Shown: piece by piece, positions 23,156 to 35,418 of the stretch
Layout of the letters: each line of letters begins with the position of its first letter
Position numbering within the stretch: the first letter of the stretch is position 1
Assembly: GCA_028534125.1 (NCBI GenBank)
Contig: CM052851.1
Span: 26,350,001 to 26,414,000, forward strand
Reading direction: 5' to 3'
DNA length: 64,000 nt
Source of the DNA: Lama glama
Lineage: Eukaryota
Notes under the pieces: generated by a model
The model's input: the letters and a program-made list of their open reading frames with translations, nothing else
What the model was told of the DNA's origin: nothing
The model's database searches: none
Made by a program: the position numbers and the translations under genes

Positions 23156-24907
23156 CATAGCTTAAATAGTTAACAAAGTTGAAAACGAAATCCTGCTGTG
23201 CCACGGAGCCCCGTTCTGTGGCCAGAGCCGGTGATCAGTAAGTACATGGTGCGTTATTGGAACTGGACCCTGGAAAACAGCTGCAACATGAATGGAAAGT
23301 GCTTTGTGCTCCGAACAAACAGTCACAGCAGTAGGGGCTCCAGACAGGAAACCTCTCTTCTCTTCCAGAATGCCGCGTGCTGCTTTTTAATGAAATATTC
23401 ACTTCCCCTTTTGCTTTCAAGGCCGCCCTTGATGTTAATTTTGACCAAAATTCACACCGATAAGATTTTACATGTGAACGAGACGAGCCCTTACAGTGTG
23501 GCTCACCTTGTGAGCTGGCTTGCTTGATCACAGAGAGCTTGGAATGCAGGCTGAGACTTCAGCCTTGTCTCTGAAGAGAGCACACAGCAGCCACCACTTG
23601 AACGGGGACATGATGAAATCAATGAGATCACTTTCCAGTTCCTCTGCCCAGCGTACCTTTCACAAAGGTGCTTCTCTTGTGCTAGGGTGAAAACACCTTT
23701 AAACATCATGGCAGGGGAGTGGGGACTACAGCTGGCAGAGACACTGCCCATGCTCATCTACTGCTTTGAACATGATCTACTCTGCAGGAAATGATAAAAA
23801 TGATGTCAACAAATATTCTTCCGGAAATTGATTTATTAGATTGAAGGCGATGTTACTGATACTTCTCCTAGGGGAAACAAGACAGAAATCTCTCCTTATA
23901 CCAGGATGCTTGTGTCTCAATTCTAGAAGCTGGCGGTTGAACTCCCAGAAATGAACTGGCACCAATTCCTATGAATGAAATGACTATGAATCATTTCATT
24001 CTTGAAAATTAAACAAAGATATGACTTAACAGGTGATGAGTTGGATGTGCAATATTGCCACAAACACTCAGCCACAATACATGCTCATAGTACTGATATG
24101 ATTCGGAACACTTTAAGCACTTCTGCTTCTGAACCTTATGAGAGAGATGAAACTGAATGCATCTGTTCAAACATGCTTAACGAATTATTTTTGTGGAGGT
24201 CTGTCTTTCAGTGTCTCAGATGAGGTGTTGTGTAGTTTTTACAGCATGGAATGTCCGATGTAGCCAGGGCAACCTATTAGAAACCAGTTTCTGCTTTAGA
24301 ATAGTTCCCTCACCTACATAGAAATAAAGGGAGAGAGGACCTGTGTTATTAGTCACTTCTTGACTCCTCTTACACAATTCCAGAATCCCATCCATCCATC
24401 ACAGCAAATAAAGCTCCGCTGTGAAATNNNNNNNNNNNNNNNNNNNNNNNNNNNNNNNNNNNNNNNNNNNNNNNNNNNNNNNNNNNNNNNNNNNNNNNNN
24501 NNNNNNNNNNNNNNNNNNNNNNNNNNNNNNNNNNNNNNNNNNNNNNNNNNNNNNNNNNNNNNNNNNNNNNNNNTGCAAAAAGAATGGGGCCATTGACATC
24601 ATTCCCACTTCACCATTTTTTTTCAAGTTAGAAGAGCAGCATTTGTCTCTGTAGCCCTCACAGAAAGATACTGTAGGAGCAATAAGACAATCCCTGAAAT
24701 GAGTTTCTCTGAAATTCACTCTGAAACTCTGAAGATTCAGTTTAAACAGCATAAGAGTTTGATTAAATAGGTTTTGAAATGTTCTAAAAGAATGACCAGG
24801 TTGAAAGAGTTTTGGAGTCTACTTAAATGGTTAATTGGATTTTTGATATTTGATTAATAATTAGCATTTTATTAGATTCCATGTGAAGCTAAGGGAAAAA
24901 CCCAGTT

Positions 24908-24947
24908 TATCTTTATCTGTATCTGTATCTGCATCTGTATCTGTATC
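24908..24947 (+). repeat. (TATCTG)n hexamer repeat
   Basis: tatctttatctgtatctgtatctgcatctgtatctgtatc. Confidence 0.85.
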
Positions 24948-25369
24948 CTACTGATTGGAAGAGCCAAGACAAGATGAAGACATGCTCATGTAAAACTTAC
25001 AATCTTTTATCTTATGTGTTGTCCTTGAGAAAAAGACAGAACAGGACACAAAGTAGCAAACGAGAGTTTCTTCTTCTTAAATGTGATATGAAAGGAATTA
25101 CTCACTTGTTAGGTGAGTGAGATGATCAAGGGTAGGAGAAAGGGACCCGGAGGCTGGAAGCAAATTTACTTTCAAAGCTCTAGAGTTGGTAGTTGATGTC
25201 TATATCCTGGAAGGCCTCTAAACCTAATGAAATGACTTGGGTAATTGTTTCATGCAAAGATAAAACAAGTGTTGGGTTAAGCAGTGTCTGTTAGCCAGTG
25301 CTGATTAATGGGAGAAAAGCACCATTGTAGGCGAAAAATATTTACCATTATTTCGTCAACAAAGAACGA

Positions 25370-25785
25370 AGCACCCACTAGTACCAGTTGCTGTCCTAGG
25401 CACTTAGCATATGTGAGGAGGAATAGGCACTAAAGAGATAATCAAATGAATAATTAATTGCAATTGAAGCAAGTATCGTAGAGGAAGAGTGAAGGGTCCT
25501 GTAAAAGCATGTAACAGGAGGACCAAACCCACTCTGGGGAGTCAGAGAAGGGTTTCCTGCAGATGTGACATTCAAGGAGACAGCCAAAGGATGGGTAGGA
25601 TTTATTCAGGTCAAGAGGTGGCAAAGGAATGTATTGGGAAGAGGCTATGAGTGTAGACTTCGTAAAACAGGAAACAGAATTAGGAATTTGTTGTGTGGCA
25701 GGGTGTGGCCAGCAAGAAATAGGGTGGTGACGTGAGGCTGAGAGGTAGGTGGAGACCAGCTTATGCAGGACCTTACATGCCATGA
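25370..25785 (-). mobile_element. L2 LINE fragment
   Basis: ggggagtcagagaagggtttcctgcagatgtgacatt...gtgaggctgagaggtaggtggagaccagcttatgcaggaccttacatgccatg. Confidence 0.8.
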
Positions 25786-26439
25786 TCAGTGAATAAATTA
25801 CTAAACTAAATTTACGTTTTTATCAGTATTATTATTTGTATTTTAATGAACAGTTATAATACACGGTAAAAGCTCTAAGGATGCAGAAGTGCATAGTATG
25901 GAATGCTGCTTAATTACTCAGACTTATGAAAAGAAAACACAGTTGACTTTCAAATGGAAGGCAGCCGTGTTTTCAAAGTTGTGGAGGTAAGAGAGAATAT
26001 GGAAACAGTTTTCTGGAAATAGTTTACCAGAAGGGCAAGAGAAAAAGTTAAATTGTGGATGAGGCCAGATTGCTGACATTTTTAAAGGACAGGATAAAAT
26101 GAACGAACTTTACCTGCTATGCGACAGGGAACCACTGATAATTTCAAACGGGAAGTTTATTTAGGATGATCTAGCAAGTGAGAGTGCACGGTTGGGAGAG
26201 AAAAATGTAAATGGGTATTTGAGTTTGAGTTGGATGTTGTGGCCAAAGGCAAGTCACATTACCTTCTTGATGTGAGGATGAAGACTGCAATGAGCAAGAT
26301 TGTTCTGTGGGTCAGTGGGCTAAAGCTGCTGCAACTGTGAAGTAAGGGAGGGTTAAAGTGTGTGCGCTGGGGGAGGAGGACGTTGAGGGGATGTGACTGA
26401 GGAGCCGGAATCTGGAAGCCAGGGAGAATGGGATTGCAT

Positions 26440-26935
26440 GTTGTTGGCGGCGTCTTCAGCCTCCGTTTTCCTCTTCTCCCACCAAAGCATCTGAATTTCC
26501 CTTTGGAGAGCCGCCCCCACCTCAGCTTCAAGCTCCTGGTTTTAGTAACTGGCTCGGGAATACGCAGGTGGCCCTTTTTGAGCCAGTGAGAAGCAAAGAT
26601 TTGCAGGAGTTTCCCTGAGAAAGAAACTTCTTCATGGGTCCTCAGGTGCTATCACAGGTGACTGTCCTTCTCTGAAGAGCGAAGGATAAGGATGTGAAGC
26701 CTGGAATAACCGCAGGTTGTCGGTAGAAAGAAGAGTGAGGAACCGGGGTGAGAATGACAAGCCTGTCACAGGGAGGAGAGCACAGACAAGCGAATCACAG
26801 AGAAGCGGGTCCAGCCCCTGAAAACACCAAGAACATCTACTCTCCAGTCGCGTGAGCTAATAAATTCTTTCTCTCTCTCTCTTTTTTTGAATGGGCTCAT
26901 TTGTGCAGTGATTTATGTAGCTTGACACCACCACA
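26440..26935 (+). mobile_element. MaLR LTR (old MLT1J/K-like)
   Basis: taactggctcgggaatacgcaggtggccc...gagccagtgaga...ggatgtgaagcctgga...gtgagctaataaattc. Confidence 0.65.
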
Positions 26936-27289
26936 GTAAGGCTAAATGATACAGGAAAGGCAGACAAAACTGAGCTCATTTTTAAAAATAGAAAATTGAT
27001 GAGAAATTATCACCAGGCAGGGTTAATTTTACCTCACCTATAATAATGTGAGAATTGGCTTTTATAATCAAAAGGATGGATTATCATTTGTAAGTGAGGC
27101 AGTGGCACGGGGGTCAAACCAAAGATCCCACTTACAGTCATGTGCGTCTGCTGATCTTCTTTTTTTTTTTTATCAAAATTGTCGCTTGCAATAAAGAACC
27201 ATGACTTAAAAATGAAATTAAAGAATGTAAAGAATACCAAAAAGGACTGGTAGCTGATATGAACATTTAGGGAGTCTATCTTTCCAGCA

Positions 27290-27435
27290 GTTTTTGCACT
27301 AACACAAATTTATTTTTACAAAAACGGGATCCTAATGCAGGCACTGTACTATACTCTGAGTTTTGCACATGACATTATGTAATAGGCATAGTTCCATGTC
27401 AGTAAATGAAGATTCACATCCTCTTCTCATTGACA
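27290..27435 (-). mobile_element. Old L1ME-like fragment
   Basis: tttttacaaaaacgggatc...ttccatgtcagtaaatgaagattcacatc. Confidence 0.5.
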
Positions 27436-28849
27436 TTTTCACACACATGTGTTCATGAAGAATTATCCTCAGGGTGGGAAAAGGAAAAGATTGAAAGCCA
27501 ATGTACGTTTTTGTCCCTTATCTCTCAAATTCTCCCTGAGTCTTCACTTCTGTTTTGCAGTAGAAATGAAATGATGCCCTGCAGTCCTCAGTACAATGCC
27601 TGGCACAAGGCAACACTTGATAATGAGAATTAGTATCATCATTTTTAATATTATTAATGTACCATGTGCTGGAGGGGCCAAAGTGATGAGGTATGAGAAG
27701 ATGTATTTTTAGATATAAAAATAAAATAGAATTAGGCCCAGTCTGTACACAATAGAAGCAAATCAATAAGAGAAATAAAAAGAAATAACCAAAAATGATC
27801 ATATTCTTTTATTACTAATTTGAAGGTCAAATCATTTTTACAGCATAAGTGATATAAAATGTGAGCGATGAGATTGTTGAAATAGCTGAAAGCTTAAAGC
27901 CCCTTATTTAATTCCTTCCCACCTTCCACAAATTAAGATGAACAGAAACCTAAGAGTGGAGTTTATGGTCNNNNNNNNNNNNNNNNNNNNNNNNNNNNNN
28001 NNNNNNNNNNNNNNNNNNNNNNNNNNNNNNNNNNNNNNNNNNNNNNNNNNNNNNNNNNNNNNNNNNNNNNNNNNNNNNNNNNNNNNNNNNNNNNNNNNNN
28101 NNNNNNNNNNCAAAGCTTAAAAATTAGCTTTTGAAAAAAAAAAAAACAACACCCAAAATGTTGCCTTGCGTGTAGCTGCAAGCAAGTTGAATTCATGTAA
28201 ATGATCCTTAAGAAATGTCGTTAAGTCTATTCCAACAACTGCATTTTTTAAAATACACATTGATTTGCTTTTAAAATTCCAGTCTCCTTATATTTTTCTT
28301 CCTCTTTTGGAAAAGAACCTGAATTATGCAAGTATATTTTGCATTAAGAAACCTAGTAAATGAAAATTCCTATCTGCACCGTAGAAAGATTGGGGAATCA
28401 TGACTTGCTCTTCAAAATGATTTTCGAAAATCATTCAAAGTAAAATCCCTTTAAATAGAAAACTTGCCGAGGAAATTCAAAACATGATTTAAATTTAATA
28501 CAACTTTTCTGAAACGCATCCACTACGTATAGTAAGGCAACAATGAACATGAGAAAATTGTTAAGATATCCTCCATTATACTCTTAGCAGTATATGGATG
28601 TCTTTAGTATTTTGAGCTAGAAAGAGACGGCAGTATCTCCAGCACAAATGGACCTGGTGATACAAGAAACTGATCGTATCCAGTGCAGATTGGCAAATGG
28701 TAATAATGGAAGTCCTTTGTTTCCTGGGCTGAAGCATATTCCAAGACAGGGACCATGTCTTGTTCACATCTGTGTTAGTTCTCTTTTTCCCATGGCATGT
28801 TCACTATTTGCATCCTAAGACTTCCATCTTGTGAATTATTCAATACGTA

Positions 28850-29140
28850 ATTGGGGTAACTGGATGACATTAGAAAATAATAAAGCAGGATCCCTACTGC
28901 ACTCTTAAATATTTAAAAATTAATTCCACATGGATCAAAGATTTAAACACAAAAAATCGTAGACTTCTATTTCAACAGGAGAGACGAGGTCCTTGGAGAC
29001 TCCTTCATGGTACAGAACACATAAAACTTTGAACTGAATTGTGGAAATATTTTTAAATGCATGGATGAGCTGTTGGGAAATTTCAAAATCCCTGAGTCTA
29101 GAATCAACAGTAAAAAGAAATAATCTAAGTACGAAATTGC
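28850..29140 (+). mobile_element. Ancient L1 ORF2 fragment
   Basis: ggatccctactgcac...aaaaattaattccacatggatcaaagatttaaac encodes ...KINSTWIKDLN, matching the L1 ORF2 motif KINSRWIKDLN. Confidence 0.7.
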
Positions 29141-29427
29141 TCATCCCTGGTGGTCCAAAGCCTTGGCGTTAGTGGGCCACACATGAGGTAGGAAGTTGGA
29201 AGGGCACAGAGCAGAATGAGAAAGTAAGGCAGAAATTCTGGAGTAAAGGAGGGACCCCGTACTCCAAAGGTTGACATCCTCATTGGATAATAAGTAAACT
29301 TGCAACAAGAAGGAAGTGTTGGCCTGTCTCAGACTTGACTCTAAATGGAACTGGGGGCAGGCAGGACACCTCACCCCAAATTCTTAACCACAGGCTCCCA
29401 CTCACATTAGTTTGGGGGATGAAATTA

Positions 29428-29772
29428 CAGGCATACCTTGGAGATATTGTGGGTTCAGTTCCCAACTACCACAATAAAGCAAATATCACAATAGAGTAAT
29501 ACAAATGTTTTGGTTCCCTTCCATTTAACAGTTATGTTTATACTATATTGTAGTCTATTAAATATACTAATCACATGTCTAAAAATATCACATGTCTAAA
29601 AATATTACATATCTTAATTAAAAATACTTTATTGCCAAAAAATGCTATCATCTGAGCTTTCAGCAAACTGTAACATTTTTGCAATAGTAACATCAAAGAT
29701 TGATAATCACAGATACCAAACAAATCTAATGGTAATTAAAAAGTCTTGAATTGTGCAAGAATTACCAAAATT
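29428..29772 (-). mobile_element. Tigger1-derived internally deleted element, one end missing
   Basis: TA then caggcataccttggagatattgtgggttcagttcc (Tigger1 right TIR); ctgagctttcagc joined to caatagtaacatcaaagat from the left part. Confidence 0.85.
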
Positions 29773-29839
29773 GTCTACATTATACCTAGTATAGCAATAA
29801 GCCCTGAACATTCTCAAGAGAACCAGACTGGATTTAAAA

Positions 29840-29970
29840 AATTAATTTATTTATTCATAAAGGTATCTATTGAGCAAATACAAGATACCAGGCACTGTTC
29901 TAAGCACTGAGATACATCAGGGGAGAAAATGGAAGAATTTCCTGTCCTGTACAGATTTTACTATCTGGTG
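29840..29970 (-). mobile_element. L2 3' tail
   Basis: ttattcataaaggtatctattgagcaaatacaagataccaggcactgttctaagcactgagataca. Confidence 0.8.
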
Positions 29971-31071
29971 ATACCTGCTGATACCATATGAACATTAATA
30001 TCTAACCTTCTCTACACTCACCCTTACTATTCACCCAAGAATTTCAATCCCTTGAAAATTCGACCCCCCATCAAAGTATTTCTGCTGGCTAACAAGGGGG
30101 TATCATTTATTCCATACTTCAGGAATTATGGAATTCACTACTGGCTTTTGCTCTACCATTCCGAGCCAGTCGCCAAGTTGGATGCCTTAATTTGTCCAAG
30201 TTCTGTTAATGTTATTATTAGAAATATAAATTTATGTAATATTAATAGCTACCATTTAGTACATTTAATACATATTAGTAAGTCCCTAATACGCACTGTT
30301 TAATTTTATGAGGAAGTCTATGTAGTCTTCAACTTTAAAATACATCAGCATAGATTAGTAGTAGGTGTGTGTGTTGGGGGGTATCAATTGATACCTTAGG
30401 GTAATTAGCCTAATTCAGACCAGCTTAAGGTGATTAAGTACTATTCAAAGGTCTCTAATCAGAAAAACACACTCCAGGAATGGCTGGTAGACCTCTGAAA
30501 GACCTTATTAGAATCCCGCATCCCAGAGGCAGTTACTACTAAACTCCTTTAGTCCTTTAGCTATCATGATCTGTAGTCAACACCAAAAGCTTATTAATTA
30601 GCATAACAGATGCTAGAAATCCTTTTTCACTGAAAGGAGGTTAAATGAGGGGTGTTCCAGATGCTGCATTGGCTAAAAATATGGTACACCCTCTCTCCAC
30701 TCCTAAAATAGGATGTAAAAGTCCAGTCACCCAGTAGCCCAGTGGCTTCCACAAGGAATCACTGGGTTTAGGATTCTGAAGAGAGGATGGTATTACCTGG
30801 CTCCTAATAGACGTTTAAGCAGAATGCTACCCCTAAAAATGGTCAGGGTCACCGAAAGAGAATCAGAGACAGCTGAGATCTTGTCACTCTCACAAAATGG
30901 GTTCCATGGCTGTTTTGTGCCTACTTACCTGGAGCAGAATTTGAGAATTTGGCCTGAGATCTGCTTTCATCGCGAAGTAGCACCTGACAGTGAGATTTTG
31001 GAAGATGAACCCTATTGCCCTCACACTACCTGTAACTATCACAAGCGACCGACTCTCCACCAAGAGAACCT

Positions 31072-31300
31072 AGTAATAATAATAATAATCCTTGGAGGAT
31101 CTTATACTTGTGAGCAACTAAGTAGACTTAGGTCCAGTTGCCACAGGTAGGTATTATTATCTCATTCTAAAGAGGAAGAAACTAACACGGTTTAAGATGC
31201 TAACTCACTTCATCATGGTCTCAAAATTAATAAGGGAACCAGGATTTGAGAGGCGGGTCTGCGTGAGTCTATGATCCTCATACCAACCTGTTAACAATTA
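31072..31300 (-). mobile_element. MIR, near full length, with (TAA)n at its tail
   Basis: taataataataataat...aggtaggtattattatctcattctaaagaggaagaaacta...ccaggatttga...ttaacaatta. Confidence 0.75.
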
Positions 31301-31397
31301 TAAAAGTGTGAAACTCGGCCTCACACACCTGGACGTGTGGCCATCTGTCACACGCTAGCCTTTGGAGGCAAGCCTGGCTCACGATGCCTGGGTGAGT
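31299..31397 (+). promoter_or_regulatory. Candidate TATA promoter and short first exon (unverified)
   Basis: TATAAAAG at 31299-31306; acgATGcctgg with ATG at 31384; donor GG|GTGAGT at 31391/31392. Confidence 0.25.
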
Positions 31398-32079
31398 CTC
31401 ATGCACACCTGTTGAGAGGTTTACCATTCAAGAATGCATACTCCTTCTATTAAGCCTCCTGTCCGCATGACCACTCCCTTGACTGAAACAGTTTTTGAGG
31501 GCATAGGTGGCTCTGGGCAGCAGACATGGAGGTCTTTTTCAGCTGTGCCTGCCTCAGGATGGAAGATGCGGGGCATCCTGAAAGTCGGCGGCTTCCCTAA
31601 GACGCTCTTCTCTGAAGGATTCTGAATGGCATCCCGCGGAGAGGAAAATGTAAGAGGGGGAGCAAGTGGCTAATCCTATTGAAATAGTACAATTATTTGA
31701 ACTGAGATACTTGACGGCATATGAATATGCACTGGTCAGTTTACAGCCATGTAATCCAATCCACATAATGTCCTGAGATCACTCAGACCTACTCTAGCGG
31801 CAGCCCGGGCGCGAAGCTTTCCGATGGAAGCAAGGTGCCCTGGCCAGCGGACCCTAGGGCTTTATCCCTGCTGGGTCGGATTGTTGGCTTCTCCCCACCT
31901 TTTGATATTCTGTATGTATTTACAGTCCTGCCAGGACGGCGTCTCCTTTCTGTTAACTCCAGTGCTGCACAGCTGACGGATCTCCCTCTCCACCCTTAAG
32001 CTTTAAGTCACCTGTACACATGGCCCAAAAGCTCGCTGGGTGGTACATGGTGTCAAGGGGAAGGACCCATTTACTTTGG

Positions 32080-32267
32080 CAATAATAATAATCAAGCAAC
32101 CATTTACTGAGTGCTCAGAATATGGCAGGGACTAAGGTAAGTTCTTCGCATAGATTATTCCAGAAGCACTCACAACAGCCCTTTGATCCGAGCATGATTA
32201 TTATTACCATCCTCATTTTACAAATAAGGAAACTGAAGCTCAGAAAGTTTAAATGACTTGTTGGAAC
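32080..32267 (-). mobile_element. MIR running into an assembly gap
   Basis: accatttactgagtgctc...ctcacaacagccct...cattttacaaataaggaaactgaagctcagaaagtttaaatgacttg. Confidence 0.85.
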
Positions 32268-32767
32268 NNNNNNNNNNNNNNNNNNNNNNNNNNNNNNNNN
32301 NNNNNNNNNNNNNNNNNNNNNNNNNNNNNNNNNNNNNNNNNNNNNNNNNNNNNNNNNNNNNNNNNNNNNNNNNNNNNNNNNNNNNNNNNNNNNNNNNNNN
32401 NNNNNNNNNNNNNNNNNNNNNNNNNNNNNNNNNNNNNNNNNNNNNNNNNNNNNNNNNNNNNNNNNNNNNNNNNNNNNNNNNNNNNNNNNNNNNNNNNNNN
32501 NNNNNNNNNNNNNNNNNNNNNNNNNNNNNNNNNNNNNNNNNNNNNNNNNNNNNNNNNNNNNNNNNNNNNNNNNNNNNNNNNNNNNNNNNNNNNNNNNNNN
32601 NNNNNNNNNNNNNNNNNNNNNNNNNNNNNNNNNNNNNNNNNNNNNNNNNNNNNNNNNNNNNNNNNNNNNNNNNNNNNNNNNNNNNNNNNNNNNNNNNNNN
32701 NNNNNNNNNNNNNNNNNNNNNNNNNNNNNNNNNNNNNNNNNNNNNNNNNNNNNNNNNNNNNNNNNNN

Positions 32768-33371
32768 CTTTTCGTTTTGTTTATGGTTTCCTTTGCTGTG
32801 CAAAAGCATTTGAGTTTAATTAGGTCCCATTTGTTTATTTTTGCTTTTTTTTCTTTTACTCTAGGAGATGAATCCAAAAAAAATACTGCTGGGGTTTTTA
32901 TCAGAGAGTGTTCTGCTATGTTTTCCTCTAGGAATTTTATAGTATCTGGTGTTACACTTAGGTTTTTAATCCATTTTGAGTTTATTTTTGTATATGGTGT
33001 TAGAGAATGTTCTAATTTCATTCTTTAACATGAAGCTGCCCCACTTTTCCCAGCACCACTTAATGAAGAGAGTATGTTTTCTCCATTGTATGTTCTTAAA
33101 CCTCCTTCTTCATAGATTAATTGACCATAAGTGTGTGGATTTATTTCTGGGTTTTCTATACTGTTCCACTGATCTGTGTGTGTTTTTGTGCCAGTACCAC
33201 ACTGGTTTGATTCCTGTGGCTTTGTAGTATAGTCTGAAGTCAGGGAGCATGATTCCTCCAGCTCCATTCTTCTTTCTCAAGATTGGTTTGGCTATTCAGG
33301 GTCTTTTGTGTTTCCATACAAATTTAAAAATTTTTAGTTCGAGTTCTGTGAAAAATGCCATGGTAATTTGA
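32768..33371 (-). mobile_element. Relatively young L1 ORF2 internal fragment (frameshifted)
   Basis: ORF track KLEHSLTPYTKINSKWIKNL...[22 protein letters not shown] and [21 protein letters not shown] are L1 ORF2 motifs in different frames. Confidence 0.95.
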
Positions 33372-35129
33372 GACAAAAGTAATTTTTAAGCTCCTCAAAT
33401 ATTCAGATATGCAGCTGTGTTGGAAACCTTCTGGATTATGGGTTTTTGAGATACATATCAATTCAGATATTCTATGATTATATACGTAAGTATAAAGAAT
33501 TATCTCAAACTTGGAAATTTAGTAATTGCTACATAAAAGAGGCTAAACTACTTAGTCAATTTTGCATGTATGTTTCTATAACAGAACCTTAAATATTAGT
33601 CCAGACTGGGTCAGGTTACACAGGCTTCTCAAAAGAACTTAAAGACCTAACATAAAAACTGGTAATTACTCATGAACAAAGAAAGAAGTATATCATTCCT
33701 TCTGACACTGTTATCAACTGCTTATTTTAAAAAGAAAAATGTCCCTGCCCAGTAATTAGTGCAATGTCAAATGTTGCTTATTTTTGAAAATCTAAGGTCC
33801 TTGGGATGGTATTTGCTTGCTTTTAAGGAGCATTTCAAAAAGTCTGGTCCTTAACCTATTTCTTGAATCACTCATTTCCAAAAATGAGCAAAGTCAAAGA
33901 GAGATGTTAATACATCAGGAAAAATAAATGAATTTCAATAGAAAAACATTTCTTAGAGAAACCAGATAGTGACTAATGACTAGAATGACAGTAGTTCTAG
34001 CTTGCCCAGCAATCTTGATGTGTACCTGCTACTTCAGAGTAATTATTAACAGTGCTTCCTTTCACTCTCAGATATTTCCTAGCATAGGCAATACATTACA
34101 TGGTAACTCTGCCATTGAGGTTAATAATAATAAAGGAGACATATCCCTTCATCAGAGCAGATTCAGGGACCCATGCTTGGAAATGTATTAATGACTAATA
34201 CTGTACCCTCAGAAGAGGGAACGAGATCTGTAACAGGAGTGTATGACCGGGAATCAGCCTTCATCCGTAGCATCGGAGGAGGAGCTAATGCATGCAGTCA
34301 GATCACAGTTAGTACTATTACAGGAGGATGCCTAGAGATACTGAAAGATAAGTTTTAGAAAATAAAATTGGAGTTGTTGGGAATAGGATTGGAAGAGTTT
34401 GTTTGGAAATCAGAAAGGACTTGCTAAGATGCTGAGAGAATGGCAGATTCATGAATCAGGGTCCCAGGGACCGAACCTGATCAGGAACAATAAGGAGAGG
34501 GAGAAGTCTGAGCCAGGGAGGGTTTGGTATAGAACAGTTTCGCTAAGGAGCTGCCTGCTGCTTCCTCTAGCTTTAATTGATCTGATCTCACCACCAGGGT
34601 CTCTTAAAGCACTAGGTGTTTGGCACGCAAGTGGAGGTGGAATTTGTACAAAAAATTTTTTTTAATGAACTCTACTCTTAAAAAGATCTCTTTAATTTGG
34701 ATCTTTAATTCAAACAATTAGATTATTTCAAAAATAATTTTTCAAATCAGGAAGCCTGGCTTTCAAAGAGAAATGGTTTTCCAAGGTAATTACCCTGAAC
34801 TAGTGTTATTTGATCTTCTAAGACTGTCATGCAATGTATGGAAAATTAGTGTCTGTAGGAAACACAAATTAAGTGTCAGATCAGTTAAATCAATCCTGTC
34901 AGTCCACAGAGTGATGGATGTCACTGTCACATCTTTTTCATAGCCAGGAAGGAATATGTGACAGTACTCTAAAAGTGAGGTATAACATTTATTCAATCAA
35001 CAAATATTTATTCAGCATATATTATGTACATGACATTATGCCTTCCTAGTAGATTATAGGGGTTTGTGAAAACATATGAAAAATTAACAACACAATAAAT
35101 ATTTAGACATGGATAACAGAAAAGAATCT

Positions 35130-35418
35130 CATGAGACCTTTGAACTATTCATTCTGAGAATGGTTCATTGTTTATGGCTTTTCTAGAAGGAGTGGACCTA
35201 ACCACCAAGTTAGTAGCCCACAGCCCCACAGAGTGGAGAGCAATTCCCCAGCCCTTGGCTTCCCATGTGGTGTTTCTAGAACCTCAAAAGGCTCAGCCTT
35301 ACTTCTCATCCTAGGGTTTAATGAGCCATTCCTTTTCCCTTCCAGTAAGTTCCCCTGTTGCTTAACCTATTTTAAGTGGATTTCTGTTAGCTGCAAATAA
35401 AGAATTGTGACTAAAACA
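35130..35418 (+). mobile_element. ERVL/MaLR-class LTR 3' part
   Basis: ends agtaagttcccctgttgcttaacctattttaagtggatttctgttagctgcaaataaagaattgtgactaaaaca. Confidence 0.55.

Noticed and set aside
28621-28700. Possible internal exon KETAVSPAQMDLVIQETDRIQCRLAN
   Set aside because: Weak acceptor and donor, and the peptide is not recognised
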